In this document: one piece after another, positions 18,165-27,523 of the stretch
How the letters are laid out: each line of letters starts with the position of its first letter
Numbering within the stretch: the first letter of the stretch is position 1
Origin: an uncultured Candidatus Saccharibacteria bacterium
GTDB taxonomy: Bacteria > Patescibacteriota > UBA1384 > DATEAH01 > CAYPSR01
Length of the DNA: 42,456 nt
Reading direction: 5' to 3'
Assembly (NCBI GenBank): GCA_964413595.1
Contig: CAYPSR010000002.1
Location: 1-42,456 of the forward strand
Notes under the pieces: model-generated
Told to the model about the DNA's origin: nothing
Seen by the model: the letters and a program-made list of their open reading frames with translations, nothing else
The model's database searches: none
Program-made: the position numbers and the translations under genes

Positions 18165-18719
18165 ATGACTTTTTCAAATGATTATTTTAAAAAACAAATC
18201 CTCCCAGATCTTAAAAAGAAATATAGTTTTAAGAATGATCTTCAAGTACCAAAAATTGAAAAAATAGTTATTAACGCTGGAATTGGGAATTTAGTAAAAG
18301 AAAGTAAAGATAATCTTGATATTATTTTAGCTGATATGGTAAAGATAGCTGGCCAAAAACCGCAGGTAATTAAATCAAAAAAAGCAATTTCAGGGTTTAA
18401 ATTGAGACCGGGAGATGTTGTTGGTTTAAAGGCAACACTCCGAGGCGACCGAATGTATGATTTTTTAGAAAAGTTAATTAAAATCGCATTTCCTAGAATT
18501 AGAGATTTTCGTGGAATTAAAAAATCAACAGTTGACAAAAACGGGAATATTAATATTGGTATTAAAGAACATTCAGTTTTTCCAGAAATAAAAATAGAAG
18601 AAGTCAAAAAGGTATTTGGCTTGCAAATATCAATAAAAACAAATGCTAAAACAAAAATGCAAGCTTTAAATTTAATTAAAGCATTTGGTGCAGTATTTGA
18701 AAAACCAGCAAAAAAATAA
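18165..18719 (+). CDS. rplE: 50S ribosomal protein L5
   Basis: VPKIEKIVINAGIG, FPEI; synteny. Confidence 0.96.
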   Translation: MTFSNDYFKKQILPDLKKKYSFKNDLQVPKIEKIVINAGIGNLVKESKDNLDIILADMVKIAGQKPQVIKSKKAISGFKLRPGDVVGLKATLRGDRMYDFLEKLIKIAFPRIRDFRGIKKSTVDKNGNINIGIKEHSVFPEIKIEEVKKVFGLQISIKTNAKTKMQALNLIKAFGAVFEKPAKK

Positions 18720-18743
18720 ATATAAACAATAAATTACATTATT

Positions 18744-18929
18744 ATGGCAAAAAAATCTTGGATAGTAAAAGCTGGCAGAAAGCCTAAATATTCTTCGCGA
18801 AAGATTACAAGATGTTTTAGATGTGGAAGAAAACGTGGTTATATGAGTGATTTTAATATTTGCAGAATTTGTTTTAGAGAATTAGCAAGCCAAGGAAAGT
18901 TACCTGGAATAAAAAAGGCAAGTTGGTAG
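18744..18929 (+). CDS. rpsN: 30S ribosomal protein S14, zinc-binding type Z
   Basis: 61 aa. [25 protein letters not shown]. Confidence 0.95.
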   Translation: MAKKSWIVKAGRKPKYSSRKITRCFRCGRKRGYMSDFNICRICFRELASQGKLPGIKKASW

Positions 18930-19052
18930 TCATCATATAAATTTTAAATAAACAAATTTAAAATTTTAATTCAATATCAAATTATAATTTAATAAATATA
19001 TTAATTAAAATTCATTTAAAACTTAAAATTTAAAAATTAAAATTACTTTACC
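18930..19052 (+). repeat. AT-rich intergenic repeat, family C (longest copy)
   Basis: See 15168-15263. Ends ...aaaacttaaaatttaaaaattaaaattactttaccATGG. Confidence 0.7.
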
Positions 19053-19439
19053 ATGGACACAATTTCAAACATGTTTACAACAATTATGAATGCTCAGAAT
19101 ATAAATAAGCCAGACACGCTGACGCCATTTTCTAATATTAAAATGTCAATTTTAAGAATTTTGAAAGATGATGATTATATTAGAGAGTATAAAAAAATTG
19201 AAAATGAAGGCAAGGGCTATATAAAAATTGTTTTGAACTACCAAGAGAATAAACCGGCAATTTCTAAAATTACTCGAGTATCAAAGCCTGGCAGAAGAAT
19301 TTATATTAAAAATAATCAAATTCCAAAAGTTTTAAATGGATTTGGTATCGCAATTTTATCAACTCCAAAAGGCATTTTATCTGGATCAGATGCGAAGAAA
19401 AGTGGAATTGGCGGTGAATTAATCGCTGAAATTTGGTAG
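19053..19439 (+). CDS. rpsH: 30S ribosomal protein S8
   Basis: DTISNMFTTIMNAQ; synteny. Confidence 0.95.
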   Translation: MDTISNMFTTIMNAQNINKPDTLTPFSNIKMSILRILKDDDYIREYKKIENEGKGYIKIVLNYQENKPAISKITRVSKPGRRIYIKNNQIPKVLNGFGIAILSTPKGILSGSDAKKSGIGGELIAEIW

Positions 19440-19524
19440 AATATTAATGATTCAATTTATAGTGAAATAATTTATATTAATAAATTAAAAAGTAAGTCAA
19501 TAAAAACAATTATATTAAAATATT

Positions 19525-20085
19525 ATGTCAAGATTAGCAAAAAAACCAATTATAATTCCGGAAGAAGTAAAGATTGAAATTGAACCAAGGACAATCAAAA
19601 TAACCGGACCAAAAGGAAATTTAAGCTTTGATAAAAAAAGCTATATCAATTTTGAATTAAAAGAAAATGAATTAATGGTTAGTTCAAAAAGATCTGGGCC
19701 AAAAGTTCGAGCGCTTTTGGGAACATATGTTGCTTTAACAAAAAACAATATTAAAGGAGTTACTATTGGTTTTCAAAAAGACCTCGAATTTAATGGCGTT
19801 GGTTTTAGGGTTACTCCTAGTGGTCCGCAAAATATTACATTAAATTTGGGCTTTTCTCACCCAATAGAATTTAAAGCACCCGACGGAATTGAGATAAAAG
19901 TTGAAAAAAACATTATAAGTGTAATAGGTATTGATAAAAATATGGTAGGTTTAACAGCAGCAAAAATTAGGGATTTAAAAAAACCTGAGCCTTATAAGGG
20001 CAAAGGGATTAAATATGTTGATGAGGTTATTAGAAGAAAACCAGGAAAAGCCGCGGCAACTGCTTCTAAAGAAGGTGGTGAATAA
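19525..20085 (+). CDS. rplF: 50S ribosomal protein L6
   Basis: SRLAKKPIIIPEEV, EPYKGKGI. Confidence 0.95.
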   Translation: MSRLAKKPIIIPEEVKIEIEPRTIKITGPKGNLSFDKKSYINFELKENELMVSSKRSGPKVRALLGTYVALTKNNIKGVTIGFQKDLEFNGVGFRVTPSGPQNITLNLGFSHPIEFKAPDGIEIKVEKNIISVIGIDKNMVGLTAAKIRDLKKPEPYKGKGIKYVDEVIRRKPGKAAATASKEGGE

Positions 20086-20435
20086 TGAAAAATATTAAAG
20101 AAATAAAACGAACAATTAGAAGAAAAAGAATACGAAAGTTAATTAAGGGCACTACGAAGCGTCCAAGATTGGTTGTTTTCAGAAGTCTTAAAAATATTTC
20201 AGCCCAAATTATTGATGATATAACAAAAAAGACAATTGTTTCAACGACAAGCCAAGAATTTAATGATTTAAAACAAACAAAAGCACAAGCATCTGAAAAA
20301 GTGGGTGAATTAATAGCACAAAAAGCGATAAAAAAGGGAATCAAAGAAGTGGTTTTTGATAAAGCAGGATATAAATATCATGGCAGAGTTAAGGCTTTGG
20401 CTGACTCAGCCAGAAAAAACGGATTAAGTTTTTAA
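20085..20435 (+). CDS. rplR: 50S ribosomal protein L18
   Basis: RPRLVVFRSLKNISAQII, YHGRVKALADSARKNGL. Confidence 0.94.
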   Translation: MKNIKEIKRTIRRKRIRKLIKGTTKRPRLVVFRSLKNISAQIIDDITKKTIVSTTSQEFNDLKQTKAQASEKVGELIAQKAIKKGIKEVVFDKAGYKYHGRVKALADSARKNGLSF

Positions 20436-20525
20436 CCATTATACGATTATTCATTCTAAAAATCACATTTATTTCATAAAATCCCATAGATATACAAATG
20501 ATATTAATAGAATTAATTAAAAAAT
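20436..20525. repeat. AT-rich intergenic repeat, family A-like (short)
   Basis: ccattatacgattattcattctaaaaatcac... parallels the 5' ends of 16425 and 17670 (ccatcatccgataaatcattccaaagaaaatac). Confidence 0.45.
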
Positions 20526-21080
20526 ATGAATCAAAATTTTAGAGAAATTGACAATCGACAACGAGACGAGTTTGAAGAATCTATAATTCAAGTAGATCGC
20601 GTCACTCGTGTTTCAGCCGGCGGAAAACGATTAAGATTCCGTGTTACTTTAGTTGTTGGAAATAGAAATGGTAAAGTTGGAATTGCATCTTCTAAGGCGA
20701 CTGAGGTTTCTGAGGCTGTAAAAAAAGCTGCAAAGAAAGCTAGAAAAAACATAATTACCGTTCCAATTATTAACGGAACAATCCCTCATCGAGTAAGAAC
20801 TTCATTCGGAGCCGCTAAAATAATTATTAAACCAGCACCATTGGGTTCTGGAATAATTGCTGGTGGATCAATTAGAGTTTTGGCTGAACTTGCTGGAATT
20901 AAAAATCTTTCTTCTAAGATCTTAGGAACACAAAACAAACTAAATAATCTTAAGGCTGGGATAAAAGCTTTCCAAAGTTTTTTGCCAAAATCACTTAAGC
21001 AAAATCCCAAATTCCAAGAAACAAAAATCAAACAAATTCCAAATCTAAAAGATGATCAAAATAAAATAAATAAGGAATAA
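20526..21080 (+). CDS. rpsE: 30S ribosomal protein S5 (C-terminal extension)
   Basis: [30 protein letters not shown]. Confidence 0.95.
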   Translation: MNQNFREIDNRQRDEFEESIIQVDRVTRVSAGGKRLRFRVTLVVGNRNGKVGIASSKATEVSEAVKKAAKKARKNIITVPIINGTIPHRVRTSFGAAKIIIKPAPLGSGIIAGGSIRVLAELAGIKNLSSKILGTQNKLNNLKAGIKAFQSFLPKSLKQNPKFQETKIKQIPNLKDDQNKINKE

Positions 21081-21081
21081 T

Positions 21082-21504
21082 ATGCAAGAAAACTTAAAAA
21101 AGATTAAAAAAACAAAAAAAAGAATTGGTCGAGGAATGGGTTCTGGGACTGGAAAAACTTCTGGCCGTGGACACAAGGGCCAACTTTCAAGAACTTCAAG
21201 TGGAAATATTCCCCGCGGTTTTGAAGGTGGTCAAACTCCTTTAAAAATGAGATTGCCAAAGAAAAGAGGTTTTAGATCTATTAGAAATAAAAATATTGCG
21301 ATAAAATCAAGCGTTATTAATGCAGGTTTTAAAACTGCAAAACTAGAACTCAAAGATCTTATTAAAAAAGGTTTTGCAACTAAAAAAAATAATGTTAAAA
21401 TTATCCTTGATGAGCCCTTAAAAATTGTTAAAGAATTTGGAGAAGGGGTTAAAGCAAGCAAAGGTGTTTTAGCATCTATTAAGAAATTAAAAGTTAAAAG
21501 TTAA
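21082..21504 (+). CDS. rplO: 50S ribosomal protein L15
   Basis: [19 protein letters not shown]. Starts 1 nt after the rpsE stop, so there is no rpmD. Confidence 0.95.
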   Translation: MQENLKKIKKTKKRIGRGMGSGTGKTSGRGHKGQLSRTSSGNIPRGFEGGQTPLKMRLPKKRGFRSIRNKNIAIKSSVINAGFKTAKLELKDLIKKGFATKKNNVKIILDEPLKIVKEFGEGVKASKGVLASIKKLKVKS

Positions 21505-21528
21505 TAGCTATTAGCCAATATATTTATT

Positions 21529-21975
21529 ATGTCAGAAATAGTTCCGGTCGAACAATCTGAACAAGTTGATTTGGAAAAATTAACTCCAGAACAAAGAGTT
21601 TGGAGGAGAATTTTGATCTCTAATTGCATCAATAGACTTCATCGAAGAAGTAATTGTGCATTATCGAAAATTGATTATTATTTTATTAACTTAGATGGTT
21701 GTGAATTAGCTAGAGGATTAGTCACAAAAACAGAACATAGACTTAAAAATAATGCCCAGCTGCTATTGGATGCTATAACCAGACTTAGTGATGAAGAAAA
21801 TTTTAATAGACACTATAATAACCCTGCCGAGATGCTTGAGGCTCAAATATTAATAATTAATTCGCTTCCAGAATTATTGTTAAATATTGGCGGTTCAGTA
21901 TCTCCTGAAGAAATTAATCAAAAAAATCCAAATCTTGATTCTGATAATTTCGAGCTTGATATTAGAAGAATGTAG
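21529..21975 (+). CDS. ORFan paralog family (EQR-motif), copy 1
   Basis: LEKLTPEQRVWRRILI and NIGGSVSPEEINQKNPNL blocks are shared with four other ORFs. Inserted between rplO and secY. Confidence 0.65.
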   Translation: MSEIVPVEQSEQVDLEKLTPEQRVWRRILISNCINRLHRRSNCALSKIDYYFINLDGCELARGLVTKTEHRLKNNAQLLLDAITRLSDEENFNRHYNNPAEMLEAQILIINSLPELLLNIGGSVSPEEINQKNPNLDSDNFELDIRRM

Positions 21976-21998
21976 TATTTATTATTTGTATAAAGTCC

Positions 21999-23306
21999 AT
22001 GAATTTTACAGGATCGGTTAAAAAATTTTTCTCATATCCTGATCTAAGAAGAAAAGCTATTGTTCTCATTCTTTTAATTATTTTTATTCGCATACTCGGA
22101 CATATTCCACTTCCTGGTGTTAATTTGGAAATTCTAAAAGAGTTTTTTAATAAAAACCAGATTTTTGGATTGTTAAATATGTTCTCTGGCGGAACCATGG
22201 AGAATTTTTCTATTATTTTAATGGGTGTTGGCCCATATATCACTTCTTCAATTATTATCCAGCTTTTAGGAATGATTATTCCGTCTTTGGAAAATCTTCA
22301 AAAAGAAGGGGAATACGGTCAGAAAAAACTAAATTCATACACTCGGCTTTTAACAATTCCGCTCGCAATTATCCAGGGTTATGCAATGATTACGCTTTTA
22401 TCAAAAGGTGGAGCAGGATCTGCAATTACCATTGGTTCGCTGTCAGGGATAAATTTAATCACAGCGCTTATTGTTATTTGTGCAGGATCAATGTTTTTAA
22501 TGTGGCTTGGAGAAATTATTTCAGAAATCGGGTTTGGAAATGGTGTGTCATTAATTATTACAATCGGAATTTTAGCTGGCTTTCCAGAAATGATCAGAAA
22601 TACTGGCGCTATTCTTTTTACTGGTGGCATAGTTGATTGGAACAAGATGATTGGCGTTTTGATTTTTGTTTTAATTTTTATAGCTGTAATCGTTTTTATT
22701 GTGGCAGTAACTGAGGCTGCTCGCAATATACCTGTCTCTTATGCGCGACAAGTCAGGGGAATGAATAATTTTGGTAGGGTTGATACAAACATTCCATTTC
22801 GCGTAAATCAAGGTGGAGTTATTCCAATTATTTTTGCCCTTGCGATTATGATTTTTCCAACTACCTTAGCCAACTTATTTCAGAGCTCGAATATAGTGCT
22901 TTTATCTAAAGCATCGCATTGGGTTTTGGCAAACCTGTCTCAGGGGAGCCTACTTTACGGAATTATTTATTTCTTGCTTGTTTTTGCTTTTAATTATTTC
23001 TATACAGCAATTGTGTTTAATCCTAAAAATGTAGCTGAAAACTTGCAAAAACGTGGCGGATTTATTCCAGGAATTAGACCTGGAATTGATACAGAAAAAT
23101 ATCTTGGATCAGTATTGGTAAGAATTAACCTTTTTGGAGGATTATTTTTGGCGATTATTGCAATTTTGCCTTATATTGTTCAATCAATAGTTAAAATTAA
23201 CACGCTTTATTTGGGAGGTACTGGAATTTTGATCATTGTTGCTGTTATACTAGAGACAATGAGACAAATCAAATCTCAATATTTAATGCGTTCATATGAA
23301 TACTAA
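21999..23306 (+). CDS. secY: Preprotein translocase subunit SecY
   Basis: 10-TM pattern, GIMPYI-like GVGPYITSSIIIQLL; synteny. Confidence 0.96.
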   Translation: MNFTGSVKKFFSYPDLRRKAIVLILLIIFIRILGHIPLPGVNLEILKEFFNKNQIFGLLNMFSGGTMENFSIILMGVGPYITSSIIIQLLGMIIPSLENLQKEGEYGQKKLNSYTRLLTIPLAIIQGYAMITLLSKGGAGSAITIGSLSGINLITALIVICAGSMFLMWLGEIISEIGFGNGVSLIITIGILAGFPEMIRNTGAILFTGGIVDWNKMIGVLIFVLIFIAVIVFIVAVTEAARNIPVSYARQVRGMNNFGRVDTNIPFRVNQGGVIPIIFALAIMIFPTTLANLFQSSNIVLLSKASHWVLANLSQGSLLYGIIYFLLVFAFNYFYTAIVFNPKNVAENLQKRGGFIPGIRPGIDTEKYLGSVLVRINLFGGLFLAIIAILPYIVQSIVKINTLYLGGTGILIIVAVILETMRQIKSQYLMRSYEY

Positions 23307-24060
23307 TAACTATTTCGAAGATATCAAAAAAGTTAAGAAACAGCCAGAAAGCCATGACATTGAAACAGATACACTAAAAAACACAAAAGGGGCTGATCAT
23401 AGCTCTAGATGGGTTTGGATTATTTATATTTTGGTGGCTATTATTTCAATATTTGTTGCTTTGTATGTTGGGTATTATATTGGAAAAAACAAAGGCATAA
23501 ATATTGGATATTTTCAGGCTAAAAGCGGAGAGCAAACCAATCAAAGCCAGGACGATACAACAAAAGAACCAGCATCTCAGTCTGCATCAAGCGCTGAAAA
23601 GGCGGCTGATAAAACTTATAAAGTTCAAGCTGGGGACACATTATTTGCGATTGGCTTGAAATTTAATGTTCCTTGGACTACAATAGCAGAAGCAAATGGA
23701 TTAAGTGAAAATTCAGTTATTAAAGAAGGCGATAAATTAAAAGTTCCAGTTGACGCCAAAGAAACTAATGAAAAGACTTATGTGATAAGTGAATCAGGGC
23801 AACAAAAATATCAGAATAATGTTGATGATGGTTTAGAAAAATGGCGACTTGATCCAGTTGAAGTTTGTAAGCGCACAATTCCAAACGATCTTGAAATTAC
23901 AAAATCAGATATTTACACTTTAACAAATCAAAATACAGAGATTGGTGAAGCAAGTGTTGAAATCACTCATGCTGGACAGATTTTTAAAGCAACCTTAAAA
24001 CAACCAATTACAAAAGGAGAAAAAGGGATTTGGGCGGTTGAAAAAGTAACTAATCAATAA
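23296..24060 (+). CDS. Membrane-anchored LysM-domain protein
   Basis: TM segment WVWIIYILVAIISIFVALYVGYYI. LysM domain YKVQAGDTLFAIGLKFNVPWTTIAEANGL...GDKLKVP. Confidence 0.75.
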   Translation: MNTNNYFEDIKKVKKQPESHDIETDTLKNTKGADHSSRWVWIIYILVAIISIFVALYVGYYIGKNKGINIGYFQAKSGEQTNQSQDDTTKEPASQSASSAEKAADKTYKVQAGDTLFAIGLKFNVPWTTIAEANGLSENSVIKEGDKLKVPVDAKETNEKTYVISESGQQKYQNNVDDGLEKWRLDPVEVCKRTIPNDLEITKSDIYTLTNQNTEIGEASVEITHAGQIFKATLKQPITKGEKGIWAVEKVTNQ

Positions 24061-24087
24061 ATTAGCTGAAAAAGGTTGGATATACTT

Positions 24088-24134
24088 GTCATTCCTGACT
24101 TGATCAGGAATCCCCGCCTGCCGGCGAGGCAGGC
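24088..24134 (+). repeat. Two hairpin repeat units
   Basis: GTCATTCCTGA-cttga-TCAGGAATCC, then GCCTGCC-ggcga-GGCAGGC. Translated spuriously at the start of track ORF 24076. Confidence 0.75.
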
Positions 24135-24177
24135 AAGAAAGAAAATTATTATAAAAGAGAGGGCTGAAAAGGATAAA

Positions 24178-24729
24178 ATGGTATCTAGAGAAGTAATGGA
24201 CCAAATCGCTTTAAAAACAATTCCGTCTGAAAACGAGCGACTGATGGAGCAACTTAATCTGTTAACACCTGAACAAAAAGCAATGAGATTGCATACATTG
24301 ATTTTGTCAAATAAAGTATTTTTTGATTTTGTAAAAAGAGTTTATGAACCCTTAACCAATCCATTCAGTGAAGATTGAAAAACTAGAAATAAATATTTAA
24401 GAGACAACGAGCGAAATGATTATTTAATCGGGACTTTTTGTGAAGATGGATTTATAGATTTTCAGAATATTATAATTGAACAAGACCCAGAAGATGTTAT
24501 TGGCTACACATTAAGTCTATTCAATCAAAGTTGTGCTGCGCGATTAGGGGTTCCGAGACAATATCCAATTGCTATTGCTCAAAGCGAGTTGGTTTATTTA
24601 TTGAATCATAGTGAAAAAAGAGAAGTATTTGGCAGACCATTTCAAGTAAGTGAAATTGGTAATATGCCACTGATAGAATCTATGGTTTTAGCTATTCCAG
24701 AAATAAGAGATAATTTAACGCGGGGGTAA
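24178..24729 (+). pseudogene. ORFan paralog family, copy 2, with in-frame TGA at 24376-24378
   Basis: ATG at 24178 (AAGGAtaaa upstream). The same frame stays open for 117 codons past the TGA, to the TAA at 24727. Has both family blocks (LNLLTPEQKAMRLHTLI; FGRPFQVSEIGNMPLIESM). Confidence 0.6.
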
Positions 24730-24731
24730 GT

Positions 24732-25229
24732 ATGGTATATTTACCTTGTTCAATGCGACGCGAAACAAATCAAGTTCCATATCCAGAACCAGAAAAGACA
24801 CCTCAAAAATATTTGCAAGATTTAATGGAGTTGCCAAAACCACAGCGCATTTTAAGGTTATATGTAATTAGTTTAATGCAATATAAAATTGCACATGTTA
24901 AATATTCTTTTATGCAAGAAAATGAACAGGTTTTTGCTGAAAGACTTAAAAATGCAAACACCATTATGCATTTTATTGAAGAAGGCCAGCATATTGATCA
25001 AAGGTCTCGTTCACAAGCATTTAATCGGCTACTTACCCAACCCAGAAATCCGAGAGAAGACTTTATAGGAAACCCAGCCGATAACCATCAAATAGCAGAT
25101 TATATTATAAATGACTTAGGTGATGCGTTATCTTGTTTAGAATTAGGCGGAATTCCTTTGGAGCCAGATGAAATTATGAGTTTGCCAATAGATGAGGAAT
25201 CTGTGGCTAGAATGTTAGAATTAGAATAA
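24732..25229 (+). CDS. ORFan paralog family, copy 3
   Basis: YLQDLMELPKPQRILRLYVI; LGGIPLEPDEIMSLPIDEE. Confidence 0.65.
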   Translation: MVYLPCSMRRETNQVPYPEPEKTPQKYLQDLMELPKPQRILRLYVISLMQYKIAHVKYSFMQENEQVFAERLKNANTIMHFIEEGQHIDQRSRSQAFNRLLTQPRNPREDFIGNPADNHQIADYIINDLGDALSCLELGGIPLEPDEIMSLPIDEESVARMLELE

Positions 25230-25264
25230 TATTTAATTAAGGAGGGCTAGATCCGTCTCGATAA

Positions 25265-25786
25265 ATGAGTCGAGACAAGGGAAAAATTATGTCAAATTTA
25301 CCAAAAGAGACAACTGGTCCAGCGCCAGCGCAAGAAACCCAGCCGAAAACACCAGAAATGTATTTGGAAGATTTGATGGCACTGCCAAAAGAACAAAGGG
25401 CATTAAGATTATATTTTATAGCCGAAGTACGAACTAAGTCAGCGCTAGCATCGCGTTCTGCGGGCATAACATCTGACGAGATAGATCAATCGTTCAGAAT
25501 GGGTGAATTACTAATAAGACAATATCCCTCACTCATATCGATCAGTGCATCATTTTTAGATTTATTTGGTTTGGTGAACCCAATTATTGAAGCACATCTA
25601 CCTTCTACGCATTTAAATCCAGACATAAATAGATATATTGAACTTTTTACAGGCTATTTTAATAATCCTAATTATAACATCGAACAATATATTGGGCATG
25701 AGATTGATGCACAAGAAGTTAAAAGCTTTCCATTATCTCCAGAATTAATTGAAGAAACATTAAGAGCCTATGAACAAACTTCCTAA
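25265..25786 (+). CDS. ORFan paralog family, copy 4
   Basis: YLEDLMALPKEQRALRLYFI; IGHEIDAQEVKSFPLSPEL. An alternative ATG at 25289 has better AAGGGA spacing. The 3' end overlaps adk. Confidence 0.65.
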   Translation: MSRDKGKIMSNLPKETTGPAPAQETQPKTPEMYLEDLMALPKEQRALRLYFIAEVRTKSALASRSAGITSDEIDQSFRMGELLIRQYPSLISISASFLDLFGLVNPIIEAHLPSTHLNPDINRYIELFTGYFNNPNYNIEQYIGHEIDAQEVKSFPLSPELIEETLRAYEQTS

Positions 25787-26429
25787 TTTAATTATTTTAG
25801 GACCGCAGGGATGTGGTAAAGGAACTCAATCACAAATACTTGTGCAAAAATTTGAATATCAAGCAATGTCATCTGGTGATTTAATTCGTGAAAGAATTGC
25901 CCAAAATGATGATTTTGGTAAAAGGTTATCTGAAAAAATCAATACAGGAAAATTAGCTGACGATCAGGATTTAATTAAGTTAATTGAGGATAAACTATCG
26001 CAATTAGATTTATCAAAGCCTCTAATTTTTGACGGTTTTCCAAGAAATAAAGAGCAAAAAGTTTTTATTGACGATTTAATTTACAAATTAAACTTATCAA
26101 ATTTTAAAGTTTTATATATCAATATTGATGAACAGGAATCATTAAAAAGAATTGCCACTAGAAAAATTTGTCCAAAATGCAATGCAATATACTTTCCAGA
26201 AAAAGATGGGTTTAAAGAAGGCAAATGTACAAAATGCAATTCTCAATTAATAGTTCGAGCTGATGATACCGATGATGCTGTCAAAGAACGATTAAAAATT
26301 TTTAAGGAAAAAACTTTGCCAATTATTGAATTATATAAAAAAGAAAGAAAGCTAATTGAAATTAATGGTATGCAATCTATAGAAAAAGTGGCAAAAGATA
26401 TCGCAGAAGGGATAAAAAATCATGGATAA
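25770..26429 (+). CDS. adk: Adenylate kinase (zinc-lid type)
   Basis: ILGPQGCGKGTQ. Lid motifs CPKCNAIY...CTKCNSQL. Confidence 0.96.
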   Translation: MNKLPNLIILGPQGCGKGTQSQILVQKFEYQAMSSGDLIRERIAQNDDFGKRLSEKINTGKLADDQDLIKLIEDKLSQLDLSKPLIFDGFPRNKEQKVFIDDLIYKLNLSNFKVLYINIDEQESLKRIATRKICPKCNAIYFPEKDGFKEGKCTKCNSQLIVRADDTDDAVKERLKIFKEKTLPIIELYKKERKLIEINGMQSIEKVAKDIAEGIKNHG

Positions 26430-27174
26430 CGAGAAATTAAAGATCGCAACAGAAGCCGGAAAGATTTTATCTGATATTTTAAAAATAATATATAGCGAGC
26501 TAAAAGTCAGTATCTCAGCAGAAGAGATTGATAATAAGATACACAAACTGATTAAGGAAAAAAAAGCTGAGCCATCTTTTTTGCATTATCAAGGTTTTCC
26601 AAACTCAAGCTGTATTAGCTTTAACGAAGAAATAGTTCATGGAATCCCAAACGACAGAAAAATTAAAGATGGAGATATTATAAAAGTAGATGTTGGATTA
26701 TATTTCAAGGGAATTCATGTTGATGCAGCATTTTCTAAGGGAATTGGCAATATTTCTGAAAATGATAAAAAAATGATAAGAATATGCAAAAATGCTTTAA
26801 ATATTGCAACCGATGCAATTTCTATCAATCATACAACTGGTGATATGGGGGATAGGCTTCAAGAATATATTGAGAAAAATGGTTTTTCAGTGGTTCGAGA
26901 TTATTGTGGTCATGGAATTGGCGAAAAGCTACATATGGCGCCTAGTTTGCCTAATTTTGGGAAATCAGGCACGGGCCAAAAATTTGAAAATAGCTGTATG
27001 TATGCAATTGAGCCTATGATTACAAATGGGAATTACGAGACTGTTTTGGATAAAAATCACTGGACAGTAAAAACAAAGGATGGTTCCAGAAGTGCCCATT
27101 TTGAGACTACTTTTGCGTTATTTAATAACAAACTAGTTAATCTGGTACCTTTTATACTTTCAAACAAAACATAA
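26422..27174 (+). CDS. map: Methionine aminopeptidase type I
   Basis: VHGIPNDRKIKDGDIIKVDVG, HGIGEKLH, EPM. Confidence 0.95.
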   Translation: MDNEKLKIATEAGKILSDILKIIYSELKVSISAEEIDNKIHKLIKEKKAEPSFLHYQGFPNSSCISFNEEIVHGIPNDRKIKDGDIIKVDVGLYFKGIHVDAAFSKGIGNISENDKKMIRICKNALNIATDAISINHTTGDMGDRLQEYIEKNGFSVVRDYCGHGIGEKLHMAPSLPNFGKSGTGQKFENSCMYAIEPMITNGNYETVLDKNHWTVKTKDGSRSAHFETTFALFNNKLVNLVPFILSNKT

Positions 27175-27217
27175 TTTAGCCTTAAATGCGTGAATGTAGT
27201 GGTTTTGCAAAATACCC

Positions 27218-27246
27218 TTGCAAACGCCAAAAAAATATGCTATTAT
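27218..27246 (+). promoter_or_regulatory. Candidate promoter upstream of infA
   Basis: TTGCAA-N17-TATTAT. Confidence 0.4.
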
Positions 27247-27304
27247 TAATATATATTATTGAGTTTAAAACTCGTTAATTTTTATATTAGGGGGATAAAA
27301 TTTT

Positions 27305-27523
27305 ATGTCTGAAGATAAACAAAACATCATTGTGGAAGGAACAGTAATTGAAGCGTTGCCAGCAGCTAATTTTAAAGTAAAGTTAGACAATGACCACGAG
27401 GTTTTGGCGCATCTTTCCGGTAAAATGCGCATACATTACATAAAAGTAATTCCAGGTGATAAAGTTTCTGTTGACCTGTCACCATATGATTTAACTAGAG
27501 GAAGAATAACCAAGAGGCTGTAA
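27305..27523 (+). CDS. infA: Translation initiation factor IF-1
   Basis: 72 aa. [18 protein letters not shown]...[16 protein letters not shown]. Confidence 0.97.
   Translation: MSEDKQNIIVEGTVIEALPAANFKVKLDNDHEVLAHLSGKMRIHYIKVIPGDKVSVDLSPYDLTRGRITKRL

Noticed and set aside
24076-24177. TTG start at 24076 for the ORF ending at 24378
   Set aside because: The first 34 codons translate two hairpin repeat units (VIPDLIRNP..PARQA). ATG at 24178 with AAGGA upstream fits the paralogue N-termini.
24376-24378. Alternative genetic code (UGA as Trp or Gly) or selenocysteine
   Set aside because: TGA terminates conserved genes at their expected ends (for example rpsJ at 9010-9012), and no conserved gene contains an internal TGA. 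The other in-frame stops in ORFans are TAA. No convincing hairpin follows the TGA.
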